64,000 nucleotides of DNA, taken from contig CAVUAK010000002.1 of assembly GCA_963739455.1 (NCBI GenBank), positions 64,001 through 128,000 of the forward strand. The letters are read 5' to 3'. The notes under the pieces were generated by a model. It was not told the origin of the DNA, ran no database searches, and saw only the letters and a program-made list of their open reading frames with translations. The DNA comes from an uncultured Gemmatimonadales bacterium. Its GTDB lineage: Bacteria > Gemmatimonadota > Gemmatimonadetes > Gemmatimonadales > GWC2-71-9. The position numbers and the translations under genes were made by a program. Of this stretch, positions 8,615 through 17,799 are shown piece after piece (position 1 is the first letter of the stretch; every line of letters starts with the position of its first letter).

Positions 8615-9133
8615 CTACTTCTTCTTGCCGCTGCCGGCTCCCCCGGGATGCCAGGCACCCTTGTCCTTCGACCACTCCCACACGTAGGTGTACTCGCGAT
8701 CGGAGACCGGTGTCACGGTGTATTTGATCAGGTAGGATCCGTCGGGCATGCTCATCGGGAAGCTGGTCCAGTGCCACACGCCCGAGACGATGACGCCCGT
8801 CGAACTCACGTCGGCCCCATAGCTGTCGATGCCGTCGAAGGAGTACTTCTTCTTTGCCGTGTTGTACGTGTACGTCGACATCGACTTGCCGGGTCCTGCC
8901 GGTGTCACGAACTCGGCGTGACATACCAGGGCGAAGTGCCCCTCGAACCATTCGCACTTCTCGGTGCCTGTCGTCTTCCCGCCGGCGCCCATCGGGCCCT
9001 TCTGGTCCTCACCCGACAATTCCCAGCTGCCCTCGAAATAGGAAAACTTCGCGGTTTCCCTTGGGGGGCCCTGCGCCGGCATTGAGAGGGGCAATCCGCT
9101 GGTGAGCAGTGCTGCAACGAAGAGCGATCGCAT
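8615..9133 (-). CDS. Secreted beta-rich protein, DUF1579-like
   Basis: SD GGAGG and signal peptide MRSLFVAALLTSGLPLSMPA. FEGSW...GPMG...GTEKCEWFEG pattern. Family assignment is from memory. Confidence 0.65.
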   Translation of the reverse strand: MRSLFVAALLTSGLPLSMPAQGPPRETAKFSYFEGSWELSGEDQKGPMGAGGKTTGTEKCEWFEGHFALVCHAEFVTPAGPGKSMSTYTYNTAKKKYSFDGIDSYGADVSSTGVIVSGVWHWTSFPMSMPDGSYLIKYTVTPVSDREYTYVWEWSKDKGAWHPGGAGSGKKK

Positions 9134-9220
9134 GAGTCCCTCCGGGGAGGAGTGACGGTGACGGAACGCACTGACAACATGCCATACGGTGCCGGGGGGC
9201 GCCAGAGATACATCGGCGGG

Positions 9221-9255
9221 CAACAAGAACCCCGATCCATGCCATGCGATCGGGG
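9221..9255 (-). terminator. Probable intrinsic terminator after fabF
   Basis: Minus strand CCCCGATC-N10-GATCGGGG followed by TTCTTGTT. Confidence 0.6.
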
Positions 9256-9282
9256 CTACCCGCCTTACCCGACTTACCCGCC
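9256..9282. repeat. Three-unit 9-bp tandem repeat
   Basis: CTACCCGCC TTACCCGAC TTACCCGCC just past the fabF stop. Confidence 0.7.
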
Positions 9283-9285
9283 CTG

Positions 9286-10524
9286 TTACTCGAAGCGCTT
9301 CACCGCCAGCGCTGCATTGTGGCCGCCGAACCCGAAGGCATTCGACACCGCGACCTTGAAGTTGCGCTTCACCATCTTGTTCGGCGCGCAGTCCAGGTCG
9401 CACTCCGGGTCCTGGTGGAACTGGTTGATCGTGGGCGGGATCTCGCCCCGCGTCACCGCCAGCAGGGAGACGACGCACTCGAGGCCGCCGGCACCGCCGA
9501 GCAGGTGGCCCGTCATCGACTTGGTGGAGCCGAAGATCAGCTTCCGCGCGTGATCGCCGAACACCGCCTTCACGGCCTGCGTCTCCGCGATGTCGCCGAG
9601 CGGCGTGGAGGTGCCATGGGCGTTCACGTAGCCCACGTCCGTGGGGTCGATCTTGCCGCTCTCCAGGCACATGCGCATGGCGCGCTGGGCACCCTCACCC
9701 TCGGGCGCGGGCGCTGACATGTGATAGGCGTCGCCCGACAGGCCGTAGCCGCAGACCTCACCGAGGATCTCGGCGCCGCGCTTCTCGGCGTGTTCCAGGC
9801 TCTCGAGGATCAGGCACGCGCCGCCGTCACCCAGCACGAACCCGTCGCGATCCTTGTCGAACGGGCGGCTCGCGGTGGTCGGGTCATCGTTGCGGGTGGA
9901 CATCGCCTTCATGTTGGAGAAGGCCGCGATGGTGAGGCCGGTGACGCAGGCTTCCGAGCCCCCCGTCACCATGGCGTCCGCCATGCCGTCCATGATCATG
10001 CGGTACGACTCGCCAATGGCGTGGGCGGACGATGCACACGCCGAGACCGGGGCGAAGTTCGGTCCCTTGAACCCGTACCGCATCGAGACGAGCCCACCGG
10101 CCATGTTCGGGATGAACATCGGGACGAAGAACGGGGAGACCCGGTCGGGTCCCTTGAGGGCGTAGGCGGTGCAGTTGTCCTCGAACGTCTGCATGCCGCC
10201 GATGCCGCTGCCCATCACCACACCGACCCGGTTCTTGTCGGGCGCCGTGTCGGACAGGCGTGACTGCATCACCGCCTGGTGCGCCGCCCCGATCGCATAC
10301 TGCGCGAACAGGTCGTAGCGCTTCGCTTCCTTGCGGTCGATGTACTGCAGGGTGTCGAACCCCTTCACCTCGCAGGCAAAGCGCACGCTCAGGCGCGAGG
10401 GGTCGAACCGCGTGATCGGCCCCGCCCCGGACCGGCCCGCCAGCAGGCCGGCCCAGCTCTCCTCAACCGTGTTGCCGACGGGGGTGACGAGCCCGAGGCC
10501 CGTCACGACGACGCGACGTGCCAA
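9286..10524 (-). CDS. fabF: Beta-ketoacyl-ACP synthase II
   Basis: RVVVTGLG, SACASSAHAIG, NAHGTST, KSMTGHLLG, NAFGFGGHN. TTG start. Confidence 0.97.
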   Translation of the reverse strand: MARRVVVTGLGLVTPVGNTVEESWAGLLAGRSGAGPITRFDPSRLSVRFACEVKGFDTLQYIDRKEAKRYDLFAQYAIGAAHQAVMQSRLSDTAPDKNRVGVVMGSGIGGMQTFEDNCTAYALKGPDRVSPFFVPMFIPNMAGGLVSMRYGFKGPNFAPVSACASSAHAIGESYRMIMDGMADAMVTGGSEACVTGLTIAAFSNMKAMSTRNDDPTTASRPFDKDRDGFVLGDGGACLILESLEHAEKRGAEILGEVCGYGLSGDAYHMSAPAPEGEGAQRAMRMCLESGKIDPTDVGYVNAHGTSTPLGDIAETQAVKAVFGDHARKLIFGSTKSMTGHLLGGAGGLECVVSLLAVTRGEIPPTINQFHQDPECDLDCAPNKMVKRNFKVAVSNAFGFGGHNAALAVKRFE

Positions 10525-10770
10525 TTACTTGCCGATCTTGTCGTGGAGATACTTCATCGCATCACCGACGGTCCGCAGCTTTTCCGCGTCCTCGTCCGGG
10601 ATGTCGATGTCGAACTCCTTCTCGAAGGCCATCACGAGCTCGACCGTGTCAAGGCTGTCGGCCCCGAGGTCTTCCATGAAGCTCGCCTCGCTGGTGAGCT
10701 TCTCGCGCTCGACGCCGAGTTCCTCGACGATGATGTCCTTGACCTTGTCTTCCACGTTGCTGTCGGCCAT
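10525..10770 (-). CDS. acpP: Acyl carrier protein
   Basis: [17 protein letters not shown] phosphopantetheine site. Confidence 0.98.
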   Translation of the reverse strand: MADSNVEDKVKDIIVEELGVEREKLTSEASFMEDLGADSLDTVELVMAFEKEFDIDIPDEDAEKLRTVGDAMKYLHDKIGK

Positions 10771-10806
10771 GTGTTCCTCGATGAAGAATGAATTCCCGCA
10801 GCGCGC

Positions 10807-11547
10807 TCAGATGACCATGCCACCGTCGACCACCAGCACCTGCCCCGTCACGTAACCCGCCAGGTCGGATGCAAGATAGAGCACTGTGTTCGCGATGTCG
10901 TCCGGCGAGCCCAGCCGGCCCAGCGCGATCTGCTCTAATAAGACTTTCCGTGCTTCCTCAGGCAAGGCGGCAGTCATGTCGGTGTCGATGAAGCCCGGGG
11001 CGACGCAATTGATCAGGATGCCCCGGCTGGCGTACTCCTTTGCCGCCGACTTGGTCAGGCCGATGAGACCCGCCTTGCTGGCGGCGTAGTTGGCCTGGCC
11101 CTTGTTGCCGATGATCCCGACGATGCTGGTGATGTTGATGATGCGCCCGCTGCGGCGCTTCATCATGCCCTTCGTCACCGCGCGCATGGTGAGGAATGCC
11201 CCCTTGAGGTTGGCATCCAGCACCGCGTCCCAGTCGGCCTCGCTGAGGCGGAGCAGGATGTTGTCCCGGGTAAGCCCGGCGTTGTTCACCAAGATATCAA
11301 TGGGGCCGAGTGCCTGCTCCACGGCGGCGATGGCCTCGGCCACCTGCGCAGCGTCCGAGATTTCGCAGGCCACGCCAAAGGTACCGGCACCGAGGCTTGC
11401 CGCCACTTCCTGTGCCTTCGCCGCGTCCCGGCCCGTGACGGCAACCCTGGCCCCGGCCGCGTGCAGCGACTTCGCGATGGCGAGCCCGATACCCCGCGTG
11501 CTCCCGGTGACGAACGCCACCTTGCCGGCCAGGTCGATGGTCTTCAT
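10807..11547 (-). CDS. fabG: 3-oxoacyl-ACP reductase
   Basis: Start MKTIDL (ATGA overlap with fabD). TGSTRGIG, NNAGLTRD, YAASKAG. Confidence 0.96.
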   Translation of the reverse strand: MKTIDLAGKVAFVTGSTRGIGLAIAKSLHAAGARVAVTGRDAAKAQEVAASLGAGTFGVACEISDAAQVAEAIAAVEQALGPIDILVNNAGLTRDNILLRLSEADWDAVLDANLKGAFLTMRAVTKGMMKRRSGRIINITSIVGIIGNKGQANYAASKAGLIGLTKSAAKEYASRGILINCVAPGFIDTDMTAALPEEARKVLLEQIALGRLGSPDDIANTVLYLASDLAGYVTGQVLVVDGGMVI

Positions 11548-12470
11548 GCTGCCAGGAACTTCTCCACTTCGTCGGCGGTGCCCAGGGTGATCCCGGCGGT
11601 GCCGGGGACGATGCGCTTGAGGAGGCCGCTCAGCACACTGCCCGGCCCGATCTCGAGGAAGCGCGCCCGGGGATGATCCACCGAGCAGGTCTGCATGCAC
11701 TCCACCCAGCGCACGGGCGACACGACCTGCTCCGCGAGCAGCTGGCGCGCGCGCCCCGCGTCCTTGATGGGCAGCGCGGTGGCATTGGCGACCACAGGGA
11801 ACCGCGGCGCACTGAATGGGGCCGCCTCGAGCGCGGCGGCGAGGCCGGGCACCGCGGGCGCCATCAGCGGCGAATGGAAGGCGCCACTGACCTTGAGCGG
11901 CAGGACCCGCTTGGCGCCCGCCACCTTGCACGCCTCCCCCGCGCGCGCGACGGCGGCGGGATCCCCCGAAATGACGGTCTGGTCAGGGGCGTTGAGGTTT
12001 GCCGGCACCGCGACTTCAGTGGACGTGGAAGCGCTGCTGCACGCGGCGGCGACCTCTGCGGCACCGAGCCCGATGATGGCGGCCATGGCGCCAGCGCGAG
12101 CCTTCCCTGCCTCGAGCATCAGCTCGCCACGGCGACGCACGATGCGCGCACCGTCAGTGGGCGTGAGCGATCCGGCGGCGACATACGCACTGTATTCGCC
12201 CAGGCTGTGCCCCGCGGCAGCCACGACGGCGCCGAGGTTGCCGCCCACCACCGAAAGCACGGCACACGTATGCGCGAGGATGGCGGGTTGCGCGTTGTGC
12301 GTGAGGGTGAGCTCTTCCTCGGGGCCCTCCCACATGAGACGGGAAAGTGACACGCCGAGTGCGTCATCGATGGCGGCAAAGGTGTCGCGCGCGGCGGGAA
12401 ACCGCTCGGCGAGATCCTTCCCCATGCCGACCTTCTGGGCGCCCTGTCCGGGGCAGAGCAACACCGTCAC
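11544..12470 (-). CDS. fabD: Malonyl-CoA-ACP transacylase
   Basis: PGQGAQ, GHSLGEY, VSGAFHS, EIGPG. Confidence 0.96.
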   Translation of the reverse strand: MTVLLCPGQGAQKVGMGKDLAERFPAARDTFAAIDDALGVSLSRLMWEGPEEELTLTHNAQPAILAHTCAVLSVVGGNLGAVVAAAGHSLGEYSAYVAAGSLTPTDGARIVRRRGELMLEAGKARAGAMAAIIGLGAAEVAAACSSASTSTEVAVPANLNAPDQTVISGDPAAVARAGEACKVAGAKRVLPLKVSGAFHSPLMAPAVPGLAAALEAAPFSAPRFPVVANATALPIKDAGRARQLLAEQVVSPVRWVECMQTCSVDHPRARFLEIGPGSVLSGLLKRIVPGTAGITLGTADEVEKFLAA

Positions 12471-13459
12471 CACCGGACGACCGTCGCTCCCCAGGTGAAC
12501 CCCGCCCCGAACGCCACCAGCAGGATCAGCATGCCCGGCTTCAGGCGACCCTCTTCCTCGGCCTGTGCCAGCGCCAGGGGTATGGAGGCCGCCGAGGTAT
12601 TGCCGTACCGCTCGACATTTACCATCACCTTGGCCATGGGAATGTTCGAGTGCTTCGCCGTCGCCTCGATGATGCGGAGGTTGGCCTGGTGCGGCACGAA
12701 GAGCTCGATTTCGTCGGCGGAGACGCCGGCGCGGCGCAGCGCCTCGTCGCAGGCCTCGCCCATCGCCTTCACCGCGGCCTTGAACACTTCGCGGCCAGCC
12801 ATCTTCATGTACTGGCCGCGATCATTCACGTTCTCGGCGGTGAGCAGGTTCATGCCACCGCCCGCCGGGATGTGAAGCAGCTCGGCGAGGCGCCCATCGG
12901 ACTTGAGGTACGTGGAAAGGATGCCACGACCGTCGCCATTGGCGGGCGTGAGCACGGCGGCACCGGCGCCATCGCCGAACAGGACGGCGGTGCCGCGGTC
13001 CTGCCAGTCCGTGATGGTGGAGAGTCGCTCCGCGCCAAGCACGAGGACGTTCTTGTAGGTCCCCGACGCGATGAGGCCCTCGGCCACACCGGCGGCGAAC
13101 ACGAAGCCGGGGCACGCGGCGACAATGTCGAACGCCGCCGCGCGACTGGCACCGAGCGCGGCCTGGAGGTCGCAGGCCTGCGACGGCATGCGGCGGTCGG
13201 GCGTGACGGTGGCGACCACGATGGCGTCCATTTCCTCGGCGCTCATGCCGGCGCGGGAGAGTGCCATGCGGCTCGCCTCGGCGGTGAGGTCGGTGAGCGA
13301 CTCGTCGGCCCGCGCCACCCGGCGCTCACGGATGCCGGTGCGCTCCACGATCCACTGGTCAGTGGTGTCGAGCGTCTTGCTCAGGTCGTCGTTGGTGACG
13401 ATGCCGGCCGGCACGGCAATGCCGAGGCCCCGGAAGGCCGCGATCGGGGTGCGGCTCAT
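12467..13459 (-). CDS. fabH: Beta-ketoacyl-ACP synthase III
   Basis: WIVERTGIRERR, AACPGF, LFGDGAGA, PHQANLRII, GNTSAAS, FGAGFTW. Confidence 0.96.
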   Translation of the reverse strand: MSRTPIAAFRGLGIAVPAGIVTNDDLSKTLDTTDQWIVERTGIRERRVARADESLTDLTAEASRMALSRAGMSAEEMDAIVVATVTPDRRMPSQACDLQAALGASRAAAFDIVAACPGFVFAAGVAEGLIASGTYKNVLVLGAERLSTITDWQDRGTAVLFGDGAGAAVLTPANGDGRGILSTYLKSDGRLAELLHIPAGGGMNLLTAENVNDRGQYMKMAGREVFKAAVKAMGEACDEALRRAGVSADEIELFVPHQANLRIIEATAKHSNIPMAKVMVNVERYGNTSAASIPLALAQAEEEGRLKPGMLILLVAFGAGFTWGATVVRW

Positions 13460-14466
13460 TCGCTGCGCGCGGCGATGGCCGCGAACTCGGCGCCGATATG
13501 CTGGCTCAGCCCCACCTGGGCCGACTGGACCGCGACGCGAATGGCGTTCTTGATCGCGTTGGGTGAGGACGCACCGTGACAGATGATACAGATGCCTTTC
13601 ACGCCGAGCAGCGGAGCCCCGCCGTACTCGGAATAGTCGAGGACGCGGAACACCTCGCGCACGTCGTCGCGCTCGAGGATCTCGGGAGCGTTCCGCTTCA
13701 CCAGTCGCACGATGAGCCGTGCCACGGACTCGTAGAACTTGAGCACGATGTTGCCCACGAAGCCGTCGCAGACGACCACGTCGATATGGCCATGCTTCGC
13801 GTGGCCGGCGACGATGTCGCGGCCCTCGATGTTGCCGACGTAGTTGAGCCCGGGTGACTTCTTGAGCAGCAGGTGGGCCTCCTTCACCATGGCGGTGCCC
13901 TTCTCGTCCTCCTCGCCCACATTGAGGAGTCCGACCACCGGCGATGGCTTGCCCAGCACGTCGCGAGCGTACACCGTGCCCATGTAGGCAAAGCCCACGA
14001 GCTCGCGCGCGGAACAATCGACGTTGGCGCCGCCGTCGAGCACCACGACCGGGTCATCGGCCGTCGGGAACGGCGTGGCGACGGTGGCGCGCATCACGCC
14101 CTCGTGCAGGCCGAGCACCACGGTGGCTGCGGCCAGCGACGCGCCGGTGTTGCCGGCGGAAATGAACGCGTCGGACTTGCCGGCCTTCTGCAGGCCGACC
14201 CCGATCATCAGGCTGGACTTCGGCTTCTTGCGGATGGCGGCAATCGGCTTCTCGGCCATGCCGATCACGTCAGGAGCCTCAATGCACTCGAGGCGGTTCC
14301 GGTCGGCACCAGGATGCCGCGCCAGCTCCGCCTCGATGACATCCACACGCCCTACCAGCTGGATCGTGAAATCGCCCGGAAGCGTCTCGAGTGCGGCGAG
14401 CGCACCCTCGATCTCGGCCTGCGGCGCATGGTCTCCGCCCATCGCGTCCAGCGCGACGCGGATCAC
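13456..14466 (-). CDS. plsX: Phosphate acyltransferase PlsX
   Basis: RVALDAMGGD, SAGNTGA, LLNVGEEDEKG, VCDGFVGN, YGGAPLLG. Confidence 0.96.
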   Translation of the reverse strand: MIRVALDAMGGDHAPQAEIEGALAALETLPGDFTIQLVGRVDVIEAELARHPGADRNRLECIEAPDVIGMAEKPIAAIRKKPKSSLMIGVGLQKAGKSDAFISAGNTGASLAAATVVLGLHEGVMRATVATPFPTADDPVVVLDGGANVDCSARELVGFAYMGTVYARDVLGKPSPVVGLLNVGEEDEKGTAMVKEAHLLLKKSPGLNYVGNIEGRDIVAGHAKHGHIDVVVCDGFVGNIVLKFYESVARLIVRLVKRNAPEILERDDVREVFRVLDYSEYGGAPLLGVKGICIICHGASSPNAIKNAIRVAVQSAQVGLSQHIGAEFAAIAARSE

Positions 14467-14468
14467 CG

Positions 14469-14651
14469 TCAGTTGTCCTCTACCTCGATCCGCTTCTTGC
14501 CGGCGTAGTAGCCGCAGGACCCGCACACACGGTGCGGAAGGCGCGGCGAGCTACAGCGGGGACAGGCCTGCGTCCGCATGCCGGCCGCAGTGTGGTGGCC
14601 CCGGCGGAGCCGCTTGCGTGACTTCGAGGTTCTGCGCTTCGGTACGGCCAT
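14469..14651 (-). CDS. rpmF: 50S ribosomal protein L32 (Zn-ribbon form)
   Basis: MAVPKRRTSK, CPRC...HRVCGSCGYY. Confidence 0.97.
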   Translation of the reverse strand: MAVPKRRTSKSRKRLRRGHHTAAGMRTQACPRCSSPRLPHRVCGSCGYYAGKKRIEVEDN

Positions 14652-14658
14652 GACATCC

Positions 14659-15126
14659 TCATCCGTGGTCAGGAGCCGTGCACCCGCACGGTCCCGTGTT
14701 CAAGTCAGCCCCGCAGCGGGGGCAGAGCCCGGCACACTTCGGCTGGCAAAGCGGATAGGACGGCACCGCCAGCGCCAGCTCTTCGCGCACGAACTCAACA
14801 AGGTCGATGTGAGTGGCCGACGGCGCGAGTTCGTGCACCGACGGATCGTCCTGGAGATCGGGGTCACTCGTGAACATGAGCCCGATGTCCGTATCGACCG
14901 ACAGAGCCACGTCAGACAGGCAGCGACGGCACTGTGCCTGCACCTGCCCGCGAACGTGGCCCTTCCAGAAGTAACCGCCTGCCGCGCTGGCCTGAATCCG
15001 GCCATCGACCTGCACCGGCGCAATGAGGGAAAGCTGGAGCCCCTCGAATACCGGATCATCCTGGGCGAGCGAGCCGTTCGTGGCCACCGGCCCGTGTTTC
15101 AATTCCCGAAGATCGACCCGAAGCAT
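14659..15126 (-). CDS. yceD: YceD/DUF177 family protein
   Basis: QCRRCL, LCQPKCAGLCPRCGADLN. Canonical position upstream of rpmF. Confidence 0.9.
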   Translation of the reverse strand: MLRVDLRELKHGPVATNGSLAQDDPVFEGLQLSLIAPVQVDGRIQASAAGGYFWKGHVRGQVQAQCRRCLSDVALSVDTDIGLMFTSDPDLQDDPSVHELAPSATHIDLVEFVREELALAVPSYPLCQPKCAGLCPRCGADLNTGPCGCTAPDHG

Positions 15127-15134
15127 AGCCCCGG

Positions 15135-15163
15135 AAGCTAAGCGGGAGAAGGACTTAGGTCAA
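15135..15163 (-). promoter_or_regulatory. Sigma70-type promoter for yceD-rpmF-plsX-fab
   Basis: TTGACC (15163-15158), 17 bp, TAGCTT (15140-15135), then 8 nt to the ATG. Confidence 0.7.
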
Positions 15164-15183
15164 GACGACGGGTGCCGGATTCG

Positions 15184-15615
15184 TCAGCCCCAGAGGCCGG
15201 ACAACTCGCCTTCCGTGAAGAAGAACCCGATCTCCCGGGCGGCGTTCTCGTCGCTGTCCGACGCGTGGATGGCGTTCTTGCCCTTGGACTCGGCGTAGAG
15301 CTTCCGGATGGTGCCGGCTGCGGCCTCCGCGGGATCGGTCGCACCGATGACGGTCCGGAGCGTCGCCACCGCATCGGCCCGCTCCAGCGCGATCGGCATG
15401 CATGGGCCGCTCATCATGAACGACACCAGTTCGGCATAGAACGGCCGGCCGTTGTGGACGGCGTAGAACGCACCCGCCTCACCTTGCGACAGCCGAACCA
15501 GCCGCGCGGCGCGCACGGCGAAGCCTTCCTTCTGCAGGTGCGCAAGGATGAGTCCGGCCTTGCCGCTGGCAATGGCGTCGGGCTTGATGATGGCGAGTGT
15601 GCGTGACTGAGCCAT
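15184..15615 (-). CDS. ndk: Nucleoside diphosphate kinase
   Basis: RTLAIIKPDA, GATDP, NAIHASDS. Confidence 0.97.
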   Translation of the reverse strand: MAQSRTLAIIKPDAIASGKAGLILAHLQKEGFAVRAARLVRLSQGEAGAFYAVHNGRPFYAELVSFMMSGPCMPIALERADAVATLRTVIGATDPAEAAAGTIRKLYAESKGKNAIHASDSDENAAREIGFFFTEGELSGLWG

Positions 15616-15635
15616 GTCTTATTCCGGTTGATAAG

Positions 15636-15692
15636 GTGAGGGGTAAGGGGTGAGGGGTGTATGGGATCGCCCCCTCACCCCTCACCCCTCAC
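15636..15692. repeat. Inverted pair of heptamer arrays forming a long hairpin
   Basis: GTGAGGG GTAAGGG GTGAGGG G, about 13-nt loop, then CCCCTCA x3 C. Lies between sucD and ndk. Confidence 0.9.
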
Positions 15693-15697
15693 GTTGG

Positions 15698-16570
15698 TTA
15701 CGTGAGACGTTCCCGAACAAGTTCAATCACGTCCACCGGGCGCTTCATGATTCCCATCCCGGCCGCCGCAAACGCGGCCAGCTTTTCCTCGGCCGTGCCC
15801 GACGACCCGGAAATGATCGCGCCGGCATGCCCCATCCGGCGACCCTTGGGCGCCGTCTGTCCCGCAATGAACCCGACCACCGGCTTGGTGACGTGGGCCT
15901 TGATGAACTCGGCCGCCTGCTGCTCGTCGGTGCCGCCGATCTCACCCATCATCACGATTGCGTCGGTATCGGCATCGTCCTGGAAGGCGCGCAGCACGTC
16001 GATGAAGTTGGTGCCGATGAGTGGATCGCCGCCGATGCCGACGCAGGTGCTCTGCCCAATGCCGGCCTTCGTCAGGTGATTCACGATTTCATACGTGAGC
16101 GTGCCGCTGCGGCTCACGATGCCCACCCGGCCGGGCTTGCAGATGCTGCCCGGGATGATCCCCACCTTGGCCTCGCCCGGCGTGATGAGGCCGGGGCAGT
16201 TCGGTCCGATGAGTCGCACGCCACGGGCACGGACATAGGGCATCGCCCGGGCCACGTGCTGCACCGGGATTCCTTCCGTGATACACACGATCAGGCTGAT
16301 CCCGGCATCCGCGGCCTCGAACAGCGCGCTCGCCGCTGCCGTCGGCGGCACGTAGACCACTGCGGTGTCGGCGCCCGTGGCACTCACCGCATCGGCCACC
16401 GTATTGAATACCGGCACCTTGCCCTCGAACAGTTGCCCGCCCTTGCCGGGCGTGACGCCACCCACCACCTGCGTGCCGTACTCCAGCATCTGTCGCGCGT
16501 GGAATGATCCTTCGCGACCGGTGATGCCCTGCACCAGCAGGCGCGTGGACTTGTTGACGAAGACGCTCAT
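15698..16570 (-). CDS. sucD: Succinyl-CoA synthetase alpha subunit
   Basis: [29 protein letters not shown]. Confidence 0.97.
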   Translation of the reverse strand: MSVFVNKSTRLLVQGITGREGSFHARQMLEYGTQVVGGVTPGKGGQLFEGKVPVFNTVADAVSATGADTAVVYVPPTAAASALFEAADAGISLIVCITEGIPVQHVARAMPYVRARGVRLIGPNCPGLITPGEAKVGIIPGSICKPGRVGIVSRSGTLTYEIVNHLTKAGIGQSTCVGIGGDPLIGTNFIDVLRAFQDDADTDAIVMMGEIGGTDEQQAAEFIKAHVTKPVVGFIAGQTAPKGRRMGHAGAIISGSSGTAEEKLAAFAAAGMGIMKRPVDVIELVRERLT

Positions 16571-17707
16571 GCGGCCCCCTGCGCAGCCTTCACCACCTGC
16601 TGAACTGCCTCGTCCATGTCGCTCAGGGCGGTCATGCCGATGCCCTTCAGGATCTTGAAGGCTTCCGCCTCGTTCGTGCCGGTGAGGCGCACCACGATCG
16701 GCACCTTCACCGGGAACTGCGCGAGCGCGGCCTTGATGCCGTTCGCCACGTCATCGGTGCGGGTGATGCCGCCGAAGATGTTGAAGAGGATGGCCTTCAC
16801 CGCGGGGTCCGCGGTGATGATCTTGAGGGCGTTCACGACCTTCTCGGGATTCGAGCTGCCCGCCGATGTCGAGGAAGTTCGCCGGCTCCCCGCCGTAGTA
16901 CTTCACCAGGTCCATCGTCGCCATCGCGAGCCCGGCACCGTTGACCACGCATCCCACGTTGCCATCGAGCTTGATGAACGAAAGGTTGGCGCGTCGTGCC
17001 GCGGCCTCGGCCGGTGGCTCCTCCGACTCGTCGCGCAGCTCCTCGAGGTCGGGGCGCCAGAACAGCTCGTTGTCGTCGATGACGATCTTTGCGTCCAGGG
17101 CGAGGACGCGGCCATCGGGGGTGGTGACCAGCGGATTGATCTCGGCGAGGGAACAGCCGTTGTGCGTGAAGACGTTGTACAGCCGCTCCATCATCTGCGC
17201 CGCCGCCCTGACCTTGGCAAAGTCCTGGTACAGGAAGAAGGCGAGCGACAGCGCCTGGTGCGGCAGCAGACCGTAGGTCGGGTCCACAGCGAGCCGGCGG
17301 ATCTTCTCGGGAGTCTTGGCGGCCACTTCCTCGATGTCGATGCCGCCGGCCGGGCTCACCATGAATACCGGGCGCTGGGTCTCGCGGTCCATGATCAGGC
17401 CGACGTACGCCTCGGACGCGATCTCCGCCGCCGGCACCACGAGCACCTTGTGCACCGTGAGGCCCTTGATCTCCATGCCGAGGATCCGCTCCGCCGCATC
17501 GGCCGCCTCGCCCGGCGTTGCCGCCAGCTTCACCCCGCCCGCCTTCCCCCGCCCGCCCACGTGGACCTGTGCCTTCACCACGACCGGGCCGCCGATGCGG
17601 CGCGCGATCGCCTCCGCCACCGGCGGCGTCGATGCGACGTCACCGTCCAGCATGGGCACGCCGGCCGCCTTCAGCAGGGCGCGCGCCTGATACTCATGGA
17701 TATTCAC
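16567..17707 (-). CDS. sucC: Succinyl-CoA synthetase beta subunit, +1 frameshift near 16860
   Basis: [42 protein letters not shown] lies in ORF 16567..16836. Removing one G restores DIGGSSNPEK. Confidence 0.95.
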
Positions 17708-17799
17708 GGGCGCTCCTCGGGAAACCAGGGAAAACCGGCCCCAAGGTAGCCCGCACCCGATGGGCCGAGCAAGCGCGGCGGCGCCGGCCCGCCCGCCGG

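Noticed and set aside
9150..9215. Possible ECF-sigma promoter or riboswitch upstream of the DUF1579-like gene
   Set aside because: Only a weak TGTATC...CGTATG resemblance and no recognisable riboswitch core, too little to support.
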